NCBI GenBank assembly: GCA_964057225.1
Contig: OZ059897.1
Location: forward strand, 6,014,001-6,078,000
From: Auanema rhodensis
Taxonomy: Eukaryota > Animalia > Nematoda
Direction of reading: 5' to 3'
DNA: 64,000 bases
Shown one piece after another: positions 1 through 15,100 of the stretch. Numbering within the stretch: the stretch's first letter is position 1; each line of letters opens with the position of its first letter. Under the pieces are notes generated by a model. It saw nothing but the letters and a program-made list of their open reading frames with translations. It searched no databases and was not told where the DNA came from. A program made the position numbers and the translations under genes.

Positions 1-1223
1 TTTGTAAAAACATAGGAAAATGGTGTATCAGTCATGTTGAGCCCTCTCGCTTGTTGAAGTAAATTATATAAAGTTGTTATATTGTATGAATGAATTATCT
101 AAAAAAACATGAAATTTCAAGTATTATTTGAAAATAAAATCTTTTCAAACATCATCTTCAAACTTACAATATTTGTTTGCTTCAATTTATTTTTTATATA
201 TTTCAAAAATGGCTCGTAATCGTGAGTGTTGTTGGGAAGTTTACGAACTCGAATAGTTGGTCGACGTATTTCACCTTCTGATCTTGTATATATAAGGGGA
301 GCTAACTCTTCCAAATCTTAGATATATCATATTCAATTAAATTTATTTAAATTTTCATATTTTTAAACCTGAATCTTGTTGATAAGCTAATAAAAATGAT
401 GTCCATCTAAGATCTTCTAAAAACTGGCTAGTTGCTTGAGCGGCTAAACCTCTGGCTGGTCCCAAAGAGGTCACAAAATCGGTGACTGAAAGATTTTCTC
501 TTTTTTTACAACAGATTCAATAAAAATCAGAATCTTCTCTACCTGCATGTTCGTTATTTTTAGAGAATACGGATAAACAAGGGATTTTAAAATGATAGCA
601 CATTGATTTAGCTAATGTGTCATCGAGTTTTGATATGTGGGGTGGTAGAACGATAGCAACCACACCATGTTGTAGAAGTTCACAAACTTAAAATAATTAA
701 TATTACATATAGTTAGTTAGATTATATATATATATACATATAGTTAATCTTACATTTATCTTCAAAAAATTGAGAATGAGCCGGGGATACTATACGAAGT
801 TCAATATCAGTATGAGCAGAATTTTCACTGTTCCACCTATCAATAGCATATCGTAAATTTTCATATGGTAGAGATCCCTGTAGCACTGTTGTTCCTAAAA
901 TAAAAAATGAAAAAAACTTTATTAATATTTATTATAATCATAGAAGATTATTATTATTTTAAATTCATATTTCTAAGTATTTTCTCATACGAGCTTAATA
1001 TTTGATTGCCCATTCATGATGAATGACAAAAAAAAAGTGGCTTTTTTCGATTAAATCTTAACGACTTTTTGAACGAAAAACATTATTTTCAAAAAATTTT
1101 CTTTTAAAAAGAAATTATGGTGAAAAATAAAAATTTTAAATTCTTCTTACCAATATTGTACGTGATTAGAGCCAAGAGAGGCTGAATAAAAAATAAAAAA
1201 AATGATACACATCTCCAAATCAT
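1..1223 (-). CDS. Ionotropic glutamate receptor (non-NMDA, glr family), 5' part only: signal peptide and amino-terminal domain; gene runs off the window's left edge
   Basis: Spliced exons read MIWRCVSFFLFFIQPLLALITYNI|GTTVLQGSLPYENLRYAIDRWNSENS..., FCELLQHGVVAIVLPP...SMCYHFKIPCL, ...AAQATSQFLEDLRWTSFLLAYQQDS|DLEELAPLI. The C-x-L-L-x-x-G-V-V-A-I, C-x-x-x-x-I-P and W-x-x-F-x-x-x-Y patterns are typical of iGluR ATDs. Paralog not determined; glr-4 is a candidate from remembered synteny. Confidence 0.75.
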
Positions 1224-4200
1224 ATCAATATCTCCAATTTAACATCTAAAATTATATAAAAATTTAAAATAATTGTAATATTATAAAGATAATAATGAGG
1301 AAAAATTAACAAATAGTATTAAAATAATCATAATAATCAACAATTTATATGAATTTAACAAAAATAAAAATAAATAGAACGAGTGGTCATGGAATTAGGT
1401 TTGGAGTAGATCAAACAGAAATTTTGATCATATATCATAATATTATATGTAATATAGATAATTTTATAAATAATTTTAATAGAAATGATGTTACATCTAC
1501 TTTTTCCTTTTTTTTTCATTTTGAATGACTAAGCTCAAGTGAAAGAGTATTACTGAGAATGTGAAAGATAGATGAGAAAGACAAAGAAGAGAGGTGGAAG
1601 AAAAAAAAAGTTTTAGCAGAGTTCTGACTGGAAAAAGTTATAACGGTACGACGTAAACACAAAAAAATTAAGGATGCAATTAGGAAAAAAAGAACGAAAT
1701 AGCAGGAAAAGCTAATAGGAACGAAGTGAGCCAAACGCACTGAAAAATAATGAAACTAGTGGTGAAAGGCTATTCCACGAGTTTGCTGGTAATGTGTGCT
1801 GCTGGCAACTAAACTAGGAACCTGTAAAGCTGTAGTTTAGTCTTGAGCTATATGAATACATAAGTACTTTTTCGTTTTTTTTTGTGAAAAAGTTGTGAGT
1901 GAAGCTGTTTTTAAAGTTTTATTTCTTTCTGGAAACTTATGAAAACAAAATTAAAAGGAAAAACACTTTTGAATGCTTAACAGGTGGCATGGGCTAGATG
2001 GAAATTAAAGTTTGATTTTGAGCTTCGGAAATTTTTTTCTTTCAAAAAGGAATGAATGACAAACCGTTCAAGTTGAGTCTAGGAAATGAAAAATGAAAGG
2101 TCACGTGAATAATTTGAATTTCACGTAATCGAAAAACTACAAGTCGTAAGCTATTATTCTAATTAAAACATCGTTTAGAGCAAATTGATTTTCAGAAGAT
2201 GAAAAGAAGTGGGAGAAAAAAAAGTTTATTAGCTTGAGATAATGCTGCTGAATAATGCTGAATATGATATAGTTGTTAGAAAAAAAATATGACTATAAGA
2301 TATTGGATTCAAATAAAAGTTTTGAAGAAAAGCATATAAAGATGAAAGAAGATAGCAAGAAATATTTGAACGATTTCAAGTAAAAAAAGAATTTCAAAAA
2401 CTAAAATATATAGAAAGATTATAAATCATATAGTATAATATTATAGCTAATTATATGATAAATATAACAGAAAAAGATTGAAAATTCGTTAGTAGCTTCT
2501 GTCTCATCTGAAGTTATAATTCTATAAACTATTAGCAGTTTGATTGAATAGAAAATATTTACTTAAATAAATAAATAAGAAAAGAAAAATATGTGACACA
2601 AACTAAGATTAATATAATAAAATTTTAAAAAATTGCACAGAATATGCCTAAGGGCATATATCATCATATCCTTTTTGAATAAGCTCGAAAATAAAAGATA
2701 TGAGATGAGAGATAGATAACGATGAAGCTTGAATGTTAAAAGCAATCATTCAATTTGATCCGCAAAAGCTCATTCTTGCCAATGAAATAAAGTTGAAGGA
2801 TAAGAGTCGGATGTAGTAGTAGAACTTGATTTGAATGTAGAGCTTTAGATAAAAAAAGGAAATCGTCTGAATCAAATTCACTCATCATCTCGTCTTCCTT
2901 TGCACATCAGCAGCATGTGTCCCGCTTTTATATAATCATCAAATTGAACCGAAGAACATTTAATCAAAATATTTTTATTCTCACACACTAATTTGGTTTT
3001 GCGCGAAATGAAATTTTATAATAACTTTTGTGCTATAACACAGAAGCTTAAGCTATTTGGGAAGGAAAGCATAGGCTTATGACTAATCCTTACTTATTTA
3101 AATTTTTGTTGAAAGGAAAAGAAAGAGAAATTTCATTGTATTTTAAACATTTTTGTTAATCTATCACTAAAACTCTATAACAAGAAATTTGAAAAACAAA
3201 ACAAAAATAAAGACAAAAAGCATTGATAATGAGTCGAATTAAAGCATTTTAAAGCTTAAAGCTTGAAGAAAAAATGATTGAAAATAGAGAGAGTTTCATT
3301 TGGAAAGAAAAGGTTCAAACATATTCTGGTCGTGCTTGGTGTGTGCTCAAACTTTTTTTTGTATATTTCTCTGTTTCATTATTAAAATTATTGATAAAGT
3401 ACATGAATATATAGAGAATAAATTGAATAAAAAATTTTTAAATCCAATCCGAACTTCGATGACTTTGAATATTTGAAATCTGAAAAATTATGGAATATAC
3501 ATGTATATAAGTGTAGTCTCCAGATGAGTTTCGAGAGGCCATGAAGCATGGAGCTGGAACAAGAAGTTCGAGCTAAAGGGGGATAACGATGTTACGAAGG
3601 GTGGGCCCGCGACCCCGAATTTGGACTCGAGCTCTTCCTCATGATGGTGGTCGTTTTATCTTTCTCACTCTCTTTTTCGCTCTCTCACTTTTTCTCTCGC
3701 CCTTCTCTCTCTTTCGCTTTCTATCTATCCATTTTCTCTCTGAAAATTTTGTTCTTTCTTCGCCTCTTTATAGAGTCTAGTCTACGTCTTCACTTCAACA
3801 CATTATAACTATGAAGTTCTTCGTACAAGGCAATGAAGTAGGAAGTGCGAATTGGACAATGTGTCCCATATGCCCCTAACGGGGCACTGGTGAGAGATAG
3901 GCAGAAAATTGGAATGCTAAATCATGAAAGTTGGCTTAAAATAGTATGAGCAGAGCTTGTGTTGGGTATATGTGTTCACTTGTTATTGGAACTCTGTGAT
4001 TTTCTTTGGGAATAATACTGGTTATAGGATACAGAGGAGTGAGAATTCATTAAGAATTATGAATCATAAATGAAGAATATCTATTGGAAAAAACAAAAAT
4101 AAATAGAAAGATTTGAATTCAATCAAAGAATGAATAAGATTTACTCAAAAGAGGATAAATAACCAAAGTGTTAAGCATTGTTTTCGAAATAAAAAAATAA

Positions 4201-5887
4201 ATTTCGAGTGAGAGTTGATGTGAAATGATGATAGAAGATTGAAGATAGGAAAACGCTGAGAGAAAGCTGTCTGGAATAGGCCAGACTCTGAAGGGAATGG
4301 ATAGAATTCAGAAACTCGTCAACTAGCTTTCAAATTGTTGATGAGGTTATTATGATAGAGCAGATGTCCGCAACAGATTCTGCGGACATGGCTATGAATG
4401 ATGCGGCCTGATGTCTGTGGCGATGGACCAGATATCCATATGTAAATAAGCTGGTCAACCCCCACATTCTGGATAAGAAGGTTACTATTTCTGAAGAAAG
4501 TTTTGTTCTCTCTTGGTTAGTTTTTGAGTTAAAACATTCGATAACATTGTCTTTCTTCTCAACTCCTTTGCTTCAATTCTCTTTATCTTCCTACTCCTCC
4601 ACAAATATTGTCTCTCGTTGTTGGCCATGCTGAAGAAAACAGCTTGAATAGATTTCGAAGGTGTCTCTGCTCATTTGATTTTCACTCAGTTTTTCTTTGG
4701 GCTTTTCATCCATCCTTTCATTTCAAGAGCAGAAGAGGCGAGTAAAAGTTCAAAATGGATAGATTGAACATCGGAAGTTTGAAAAGAAACGGACGACTGC
4801 CGACAACTGCAACAGCAGCGATTATAAAGCTTTAGAAAATGCTGATGGAGCTGATGGCTGATGACTAAGCTCGATACAACCAAAAAAAAAGTTTTTGTAT
4901 AGGCTGTGATGATTATGCTAACATGTTCCCACATCGCTAGGTTTAAGCTAATAATGATATAAGAAAGCTTAAAACTGATTTTTAATACTTAAAAATATGT
5001 GAATTCTGATTGAGAAAGCACAGTGTTTTTCAGAAATGTAAGAGAAAATGCTGTGAATAGTTGAATGAAATCCTAGTTAAGTTGACGAATTTATTGGCAA
5101 GAAGGGCAAATTATCTTTCTTTGTGAGTCCCTCTTCTGAATATATCAGAATCATTTGGCACTGCAAGAGTAAATAGGTGTCGTTGACGCCACTTTCTCTT
5201 AACAAATGACGTTTTGAGTATCGGAAAGTTCAAGAAAAGTAAGAAAGAAAGAGTTTTGTTGTGAGAGGTGTTGTATAATTGATGAAACCTATTCACTATC
5301 CGGATGATCATGCGCGAAATCAGATGAAAACTTTGAGCTTGACAAACCTAAAAGAGTTAACCGAACATGTGAAGGTCAATCAAACAAACTCTTAAACAGA
5401 TTCAATATGTAGATTAAAGTTGAGACTATCTAACATAATAAATATAGTAGATAGTATACAGATGTAATTTTCAGGTGAGTTGAAACAACAAAAAGAGAGA
5501 AACTTGGAGAGAGAGAGAGGGGGGAGGGGAGAAAAGGCGCGTAGGAGTTAATTAAGGTATTCAACAAGAATTGGGAAGACAACTTGTATGAGCTTTTGCC
5601 AATATTCAGTAAGTATTCAGGTCATATTTCCTCTTTCTGATCATTTCAGAGTCATTTGCTCATTTTTCTTTTTTATGCTCTCCTAGTTTATAATGGAAAT
5701 TAGCTTTATTTCCACATTTTCTTATATGATATGCATGAGAGAACAAGTTTCTGTGAAATTATATTGATCTATATATTAAAACCTTGTCACCTGTATGACG
5801 TTTGAACTCGATATATGTATGTATTTTCATGAAAATTCAATGAACAAGTCATAATGAATGAAATACAAACTTATTGACATCAACCAC

Positions 5888-5908
5888 ATAGATAGATAGA
5901 TAGATAGA
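5888..5908. repeat. (TAGA)n microsatellite
   Basis: atagatagatagatagataga seen directly. Confidence 0.85.
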
Positions 5909-6095
5909 TGCATCTATGTATTCTAGTTGGTAGATACATCACGAATAATCAAAAATCTATCTATGAAAAATAAAATTAATATTAACTATATGTATATAAT
6001 TAATTTAATTAAATATTCAAAAATATTAAATGTTCAAAAACCGAAGATGTTCCCTTTTGGTTTTAGTTCAACGTAGTTCGTTTATTTTCAATATA

Positions 6096-6154
6096 ATCAT
6101 CATCAGCAGCAATAGCAGTAGCAGCAGCAGCAGCATAATCATCATCATCATCAT
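6096..6154. repeat. Compound (ATC)n/(AGC)n microsatellite
   Basis: atcatcatcagcagcaatagcagtagcagcagcagcagcataatcatcatcatcatcat; explains the poly-Ile/poly-Ser ORF 6030..6212. Confidence 0.85.
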
Positions 6155-9100
6155 GACTGTTTTTGGAGAATCATGGGGTTCAGAAGAAAATATATTTCAA
6201 ATGAGGAAATAGTTTCCATCTTAGTCACTCAATATACTTAAATTTAATTTATTTATGTTGTTTGATGCTCAAAGATATATATGAAAATCATATTTAAATG
6301 TCGAAAAGTCCAAATTTTAGCTTGTCATATATGCATAAGTCAATTTTAAATATTCCTTCTTTCTTCCCGTCTCGTCGCACTCTTCGACTCTTTTTTCCTT
6401 CGCTTTCTCAACATTCCAGACTTCCTATCCCTCGTTCAATTTGGAAAATGAAATTTTTCAATTGTTTTAGGAATTTTATGAAATCCTCAAACCATTCCAA
6501 TCTATCTGAGTGAACGCTGGAAGTTTTGTGTGAAAATGCTATTTGCTTACCGATATCATCAGCAGACGTTTTTTGCACAGTTTCGGAGATTTTACGAAAC
6601 CAACGCCTAAAGGAGAAATAAACCTAACAATCTTAATAAGAATATGGCGAAATCATGAGGCCGACCTTCATATTCATCTTTACCTCGTCTTTTCTTGTGT
6701 TTCACCCAGTTTTTTTTTGCTTTTGTACCTCCTTTTCATCTGAAAAATGATTCGAAAAAAAAAAAAAGATTGGAATGCACTACCTAATCCGGAAGATTTT
6801 GGAAAAAAAAGCTGAAAAGCTATTGCTATTGGTATACCGCAAATATATTTCTAGACGTTTTGTAAGATAAAGATTTTTGCCGACAGTAATGTCTTGTAAA
6901 GACCACCTGGGATTTAAAACACATGTCTTTTATGGTGATTTGAAACTAAAAAAAAATGAACAATTAAAGAAAAAAGAAGACCAAAAAGATGAATATACAT
7001 GGACATATGCATGTATTTGCCCTACATGCACATCCATCAATCCTATTTTTTCAGGTTAGGCCACCTAGGAACGTTTTTTCTTGAAGAAATAAAGTTACTA
7101 TATCCCTTTCTATACCATACATAATTCTTGGCGTTTTTGTGGAACTTGCAATCTATGAGAAAATGCTTGAATTCCTACCATTAAGAGAAATCCTTCTAGC
7201 ATTTTGAACCCTTTCCCTCTCATCCTCTCTCTCTATCTCTCTCATCCTCTCTATCTCTCTCACTGTCCCTCACTTTGCTATCAATGTGATAGAATTATTT
7301 GCAAAATCTTAATGATCCAATGAGTTTTATATGAATATATACATACATATATAGATGTTGATTCATGGAATGGAACGCTTGAACACCTGAACAGTTACCG
7401 TAATCCATTCATCGAGGCTAATTCAATAAAATGTTCTGACACATATGATAGAAGAACTGTCAAATACAATTAAAAAAAAAATTTTTATGGACGATTTCAG
7501 CGTTCGAAAGTTCATTTTTCCATCAAAAAATAAATTTTTTATGTTCTAGACTACCGAACTTGATTGAAATAGTCTTAGAATTCTGAATATAATATACTGT
7601 AGTTGAAATTTTAAAGAAAGAAAATACAAAAATGTGAATATTCTTGGTGTATTTAGGAAAAATGCTCAAAATAAACGAATTTTTGAATGAGATTTTAACG
7701 GAAATTGATACAAAACCGGTCTAATGACTATAGACATATATCCTCTTCCCATAATACATCTTTGTGAATTTTCTTTTTTGTACTTTAGACAAAGTACAAA
7801 ACAGTTACGATCGTTTGAGCTGTCAGAGATTTGTCAATCTGTGGCTAATTGAAGTCAATTGTCGGTAAAAGGAGGTAAAATTCATGTTTGTTTGCAGACA
7901 TTGCAACTAATGCTGATGCTGAATGAGCCTGAAGATTGTGTAGAAGAAGAAGAGGACGACGACATGTTGTAGCATGATGAAGAAGACAAGAGATGAAGTT
8001 GTCATCTGAATCTCATCGTACTTTATCTCTGTGTCTCCTTTCAACATGCAATCTCATTGTAGATAGATAGACAAATAGTAGTAATGATGAGAATAATGTT
8101 GAAAGCGTGAAGAATCTTTTGAACAGAGCATTACGGTAAGCTATCAACATTCTCATCCTTGGATTTGACCTTTTTTTTTGTTGAAAAATAGAATAGAAGT
8201 ACAGAATGTGGCATAATTCGATTATATAGGAAAGAAACTGTATAATTCTCTCATGTTTAATCATACCATTACCTTTTTTTTTCTTTCAAATTTCTCGAAT
8301 AAAGAAGTCATTTGAATATTTAGACCATTTAAACTATTTTTTATATTCTATATAAACAATAATTTCGTATAGTTTCTCACTATAAGTCGTGAGATATATG
8401 TATAATCTATTCAATATTTTGCCTTATTCATTCAATCAACACCAAAAAAAAATCTTTTCAAACATAAACCACGGCATGAGAGCTACTGCTTGTCTCATAT
8501 AATACATCGAATCTACTTCTAAAAACTTAACAAAACTTGTAAATAATCTGAAGAAAAAAGAATTTTCTCTGATAAAATTTCAAGATAAATGATGTTTTCC
8601 TCTTCTTTTTATTCTTTTATTATGTTTTGTTCATCATGACGATAGCACCAGTCATCTAAAAAAAAAGGGAAAAACTGAACCAAATACGATAAGGACCTTT
8701 TACCAAAATCAAAAGAAATTTAATGTTTTAATCATATTTCTTGTTTCTATTTTCTTTTTATAATCTTCATATATGAACGTTTATTTAACAATTATTTCGC
8801 GCGCATTCATAAAATTTAAAAATGTTTCAGGTTTAATTGATAAGTAGAAATCATAATCGCAATGTTACAACTTTAAATTTTTAATTTCAACGTTAATTTC
8901 TCTTCTGCTCTCACTCACTTTCAGCTTTCCTTCTTTGAAGTTTTTTTTTGGCCCAAAAAAAAGATGAAAAAAAGCTTTATTAGTATCTTAGAGTATTAAT
9001 CTAAGATAGTTTCGAAGAAGCAGAAAAAAAAAAGAGTTGAAACCATTTCGGTGTTTTGATATAAATCTCTTTAATCTTCATTTTCACTTTCATTTACGTT

Positions 9101-12100
9101 TTTTTTCTATCTTGTATCATAAACCAATAGTTTTCATTTTTAATGACTCAAACACGAAAGAAAAAAAATCTGGACAGAAGATGACTGCCTTTACTACTGA
9201 ATCCGATACGGATCTGTATGTCGGCTATAATCCATTTAACGTTCTTTTTTCTCAAAAAAAAAGATTTTGTAAAATCAAAATATGATTGAATTAAATAAAA
9301 GTTTATTAAATATTTTAAAAGAAAACATAATAATAATAATGAGAGTGAAATGAGAGAAAGTAGAATCTGATAACATGATGTCTTTTTATGAATGAATGAA
9401 CGCTTGCTTCAATTGTTCATCTTACACATCTCATTTAATTGGAATTTTAATAATATTTTGAAAACAATTATATATTTAAAACATTATTATCTATCATATA
9501 TATATAGCAATATGACTAAAAGTTATAAAAAACTAAAAAATGATAAGATAAATGTTTGATGGAGTAAAGAATCAACGAAAAAAAAACTTTGAATGTCATT
9601 CAGAGTTATAAATGAGATTGACACTTTACTTTTGAGCTTATATCTTTTCATTTCTTTCTTATTTTATTGATTATTACTTTTAGTTTCATTATTTTTCTAA
9701 TAATTTGTCTTCTAAATAACAGTTTCACATCAAAAACAAAATAATTCATGAGCTGTAACAGCATTTTAGGTGTTTATCTCTTATATCTTTGATAATATTT
9801 TTATTTTTCATTTCACGAGTCAACACTTTTGATTTAATTTCTTAGTTATAACTCAGCAACAATGAAATAGTTCTTCTTTATTTGTCTACATTTTCATATA
9901 ACCATTTCATTTTATGTGACATCTTTACTCATTTTTAAGGTTTAACTTACTCTCTCTCTCTCTCTCCCTCTCTCTCCTCTTCCCTCTCTATCTATCTATT
10001 TCATTCTCTCTTTCTTCCTCTCTGAACATTAGGCTGTAAGGAATGAATTTCAACTATATTGATCACAATCTTCGGTTCCATGCCTCACGGTCTATGTACC
10101 GTCGGTGCCGGTATGCTCATCAACATGTTGGCGACAGCATTAGTTGACGGCATCAATCTGCCGATGTCAATGTCGTCGTCTACTAACTGCCATCGTCGTA
10201 GTCGACGCCGTTGTTAGTAGACTTCATTCCCGATGTTATCGCTAATTAAACGACCTTATGTTCTCTTTTGAATTTTTTTTCATCTCATATCTCTATCCTT
10301 CCACTTCATTAGTCCGACCATGATGCATGATACATCGGCAGCCATGTTAAAGAGTTTGTAAAGGATCGTCGAAGGTTGAGAAGTTCATTTCATGTTATAA
10401 GTCAACTCTGTCATACGTCGCTTCATTAACATTTCCTTCAACATTGATGTTTCCTTCAAATTATATTTGAATAAAGAGCCTTGAAAACTATAGATATAAC
10501 GAGAACAATTAGAACACTATAGTAGAAAATTTAACATCAAAAAATTAGAAGACTGATGACTATACCAAATAAACTTTTTCGTTTTTTTCGTCATTCGCAT
10601 CCCTCTCAATCGTCCTCGATAGTTTATTTCTCTTCAACTACTGTCATTCATGTCATTTTTGAATTTCAAAGTAATTTATCAGTTAAAACTTTGATATAGA
10701 TGTTAGCTATTCATCATGAAACTATCTTTTTATCATCAACAACCGTATTTTTGATCACAAAATTCAAATTTTGTCCTTGACCATAGGTAATGATCATCGT
10801 TTTCGTCTAGTCTATCAGTTGCTATCATCATAATTCAAATTTTCTTACAAACTCTTATCTTCATATCATCAAACTAAATGATGAGATTATCACCATTATA
10901 CAGAACTATATAATTATATTTCTATATTATAATTAGGAAATACTATATAAATAAATATAAATTTAAAATAAATGAAAACTTAATGCACTATGTTAGTTAG
11001 ATAGATAAATTTATTTTTATCTCTTATCGTCATCTTTCGTTTTTAAATAAAACTATTTGCTTCCATTTTCCCTCGATCCCCTAGGCATAATTACGGTTCA
11101 CTCATCTTAAAAACCTTTTATACACTGAAATTGCAAATGCTTTCATACAATGTTTTTACATTTATAAAGTTAAATAAAGTCACTAATGTAAATGAATTTG
11201 CACGTTTGTGCACAGTTCACGTGAACAATTTCACGTCTAACATTTTACGTGCAAATTGAGTTCATTTCAATCAATTCAATACACAAATCGGTTGCATTCA
11301 AATTATTATTTATTTATTATAAATATAAAATAGTAGATCAATATACAAGAAATGTTATAATTAGTTATTTATAGTTTGATATCAGGTACGGAGATAGAGA
11401 TGAGGGAGGGATAGGCGGTATATGCTCGATTATTCGTATAAATTTATAAATATTATTATAATATTATTTATATAAATTATATTTTTTTTTATAACCTATA
11501 TTTTCTTTTTTGTAATATTTTGTAATCCCTTTATTTGTAAATCATCAAATTTCGTTTCAAACAACTAAAATAACTGAACTTCTTGAGTATGAATATGAAA
11601 TGAAGGCAATTTCGCTATTCGTTTAACTAAATGCCAAAACTAATTAGCGATATGTATTCCGAGTTCTTTTGCGGTCGGTCAGTAATCTGAAGGCTACGAC
11701 CTCGTCCTCCTATCGGCATGTCTAATCAAGCTTTGCCTCTCTTTTCAACTTATTTCATTGCTTTCCGACCATGAAATCGACCCTTCAACCTCTCTTTTGT
11801 CGTCTTCTCTTGAAATACACCTCATCAGATATGATCGCAAGATTTTGTCATCGATGTTATTGGAACCCATGCCATTGCATTCATTTGAATTCATCGTCTA
11901 ATGAATGGAACATGCATTCCTAAACTGAACTGTTCTTCCTCAGAAAAGCTTCAGAATTCACACCTTTTGCCTTCGTTTTTGTGTTTTTTTCACCAATCTA
12001 ATGGCATGACCATGAATATGTTCTTCTATAACCTTAGCTCGTTTCCATTTTAATCTTCTTACCAGCATAATAGCATCGTCGCCAAAGTTTTTAACCAAAT

Positions 12101-15100
12101 GTATTTTCTACTATTTTCAAATTAATCTTCTAATGATAACATTGACACTATTTTCTGTTTTTAAGTCGATTAATTATTTCTGAAAGTTGTATAGCTATAG
12201 TCAGTCAACGAAATGAGCAAATAAAACTATTTGCTAGTAGCCATTTCATGATGTTTTTCATCGGATATTACGTTCTGAGATGGGAGGTAGAAGCTAGTAG
12301 ACTGAAAGAGAAGTATGTGTTGTCTATAAATGGTTTATAATTTTAAACTAGGTTAGTAAGTTTATATAGATGAACTGTCTGAAAGTATTCAAAAAACTAG
12401 GAAATTAGGTAGAAGATGGCGCCAAGATAGACCATGTAGTATTCCTTGATTTTGCCTTATACAAGATCGCTCCTCAACCTCCTCTGAGACGGAGTCAACC
12501 ACACTCTTGACTGCTTGAAATCAGATGACCGATGCGTGAATCTTAGCTTGTTTCCAGCGATTTTCTTAGACAGTCCGGCCGGCATCCGTTTCTTCATATA
12601 ACAAGGAAATTAACGAAAAACTTGAAAACATGGAATCTTTGATCTCACATATATTCTATTTGTGCTATATATGTATCTATGTATATACTCATGATTTTGA
12701 GAATTTCAGTCTTATATTTCACTCTCCCCCCTCCCACTCCCCTCTTTTCAACCATTATGCAGGTTCCCTGCACTTGTACGTCAAATGTGCTTGTGGCGGG
12801 GTTCGTTCATTTTGTATTGCCATCACCCCACATCCTACTCGATGAAAGAACGGCAACATGATTTCATCGGACACTTGCCCTTTACCCACGTCACTCACAA
12901 GCTGGACAGGCCCGTTCAGAAATGTTTTTCCTGAAATTAATGACTATTGACCATCAGAAACCTTGTCGTTGTTTCATTCTTCTACTATTCAACTTCAGTC
13001 GGCTTTCGCGCTCAAAATGCCTGAAGACGACGTGTGGCCATTTTGATGATGCAAATAGTACCAAAATACAGCATCATCACCACAGCAACCACATGATAAT
13101 GGCACCCGCGCGCGCCAAAAAACCGCTTCTGGCGCCACCCGTTTTACCGGCTTAACTGTCGTAACATCTTTCACTCCTAGTGTAGGAAGAGGAAGAGAGA
13201 TAGCTAGCTGGCAGAGGGTTTCCCCGAAGACTAAGATTCTCCGTTGCCGAATCATAACCATGTCATATCTCTCATTCTCACATTTCTTTTTGCCCCTCAC
13301 TGTTTTTCCTTTCCTCTAGCACTATCCCTTTCAATTCATTTCACATGTTTCGCGCGTTGTTAAAGAGGATACATTGAGGAAAATTAAGAGAAATTGACAT
13401 AAAGAAACAACCGGATGATGCTATATTCAGCTGTTGTTTACAAGTCTAAACCGGATTTTTATAAGAATCGAATGGCGCGAGAACAGAAAAAGATTGGCAC
13501 GCGAGTCATTTGACCACATGTCTAGGTATGCTGTGAATGATGTGTGGCTTGAAGCTGTTGACATATTCTATCAGTACTAAACAGTACAAAATATTTTTTT
13601 TCTCTATTCTATTGGCTTTTAAGCTGTTTCAAGGTTTTGTCCTCAGTTTAATATATGAAGATAGCTTCAAATCATTATTGTAATGCGATGTACAGATTGT
13701 CGGATTAGATGAAAAGCATCTGAATCTATCTCGATGTTACTGCTCCATTACATGTTAAAATCAAAACATATTCCTATATCATCTTCATTTCATGACATTT
13801 CTCAATATAATTTGACATTTAACATGAGAATGCTATGAATTTCCATCAAAAACGTTCATAACATCTTTATTTTCTAAAAGACTTTTTAAAAAAAAAACAA
13901 TGTTTTTCTATATTTAGCAAGTATAACAAGAACTTCTTCTTCTTCTCCCTCTGTTCACATTAAACATCTTTAATTTGAAGTGCATTAAGAGTTCAGCTGT
14001 ATGATTCATCTACTTCCAAGATTTTCTTCTCATTTTCCTTTATCTTCCATCCACAAATATCCTTTTTTCTTTCTTTTTTTTTCATGGAAAAGAGAATAAC
14101 ATCGAAGAAAATAGTCGCCAACTGGCGCCAAAAATATGTTCTAGCTCTTCTGATTCTCTTTTACTCAGATGACGCATATTGATGGTCACTCGAAATTGAT
14201 TACCGGAACAAACAAAACAATCTGTTTTGGTTTTGTTGTTGATTTGTCTGTACCTCAGGCATCTCCCTGTCTCTCTCTCTCTCTCACATCAATCACCCTC
14301 AACCTGTGTGACTTCAATGGCTTTATCGTAATTGAAATTCTTATTGTTCCCAAGTCTTTAGAGTGTATAGTTTAGTGAGCAAATTATTTCCTTCCTTTTC
14401 ACCTGATTCATTCACAATATCATTTGATCAAGAACTTTTGGGTCTGTGTGTGCTCATGATGATTGATTTTAAACGACAAAAACTCCTAAAGCTTTCCATT
14501 TCATTATATTATTACAAAGGTTCAGCACTAATATATGATCCTTTCTTTCTTTTTCTTCCATTTTTCATGTTGATTGTCAAATTATTATCATTGATATTTC
14601 AGTTTGAATGCGGTAAACTTGTGTGATAGTAAGAGATGAAGAGATAGAAAAGAAAGCTTTTTCATCCAATTCTCGACGCCAAATGGTCTGTATTTGAAAA
14701 AAAAGAACACAACTTCTAGCCATATTGATGTCTCTATCTATCATCCAATTGTCTTTAAATTAGAAAAAACTATTTGAAACCATCTGATAGAGCCTTTTCA
14801 TGTTTAATTCAGTTCTATCAGTTTGCTCTTTGAAGAAAAGACATGTGGTTGATCAAAAGGTGCTCAATGATCACCTAAACTATTCAGAAATTATTCAAAT
14901 TTCTTCATTTCTTTCAGAAAAACACTTGAAAAGAATTTTTTTCGTTTGTGAATCTCTTCCACTAACTAGATTACCTGCTCATAGCTTCAGGCAATAATCT
15001 CTCTTAGCCTATATCCTATTATTCAAATTTTCTATTTTATTTCTTTCTTTGACTTAAGAATTAGGTCAATTTCAAATGTTTTTCCCTCCTACTTCCCACT

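Noticed and set aside
3371-3378. piRNA Ruby motif CTGTTTCA (also ~13624, 32381 reverse, 42966, and one exonic)
   Set aside because: About five hits against roughly two expected by chance; no cluster.
4363-4388. Hairpin atgtccgca-N8-tgcggacat
   Set aside because: Isolated 9-bp stem, too short for a pre-miRNA and plausible by chance.
8830-8838. GGTTTAATT resembling the SL1 5' end
   Set aside because: Only 9 nt match; the rest of the leader, donor and Sm site are absent.
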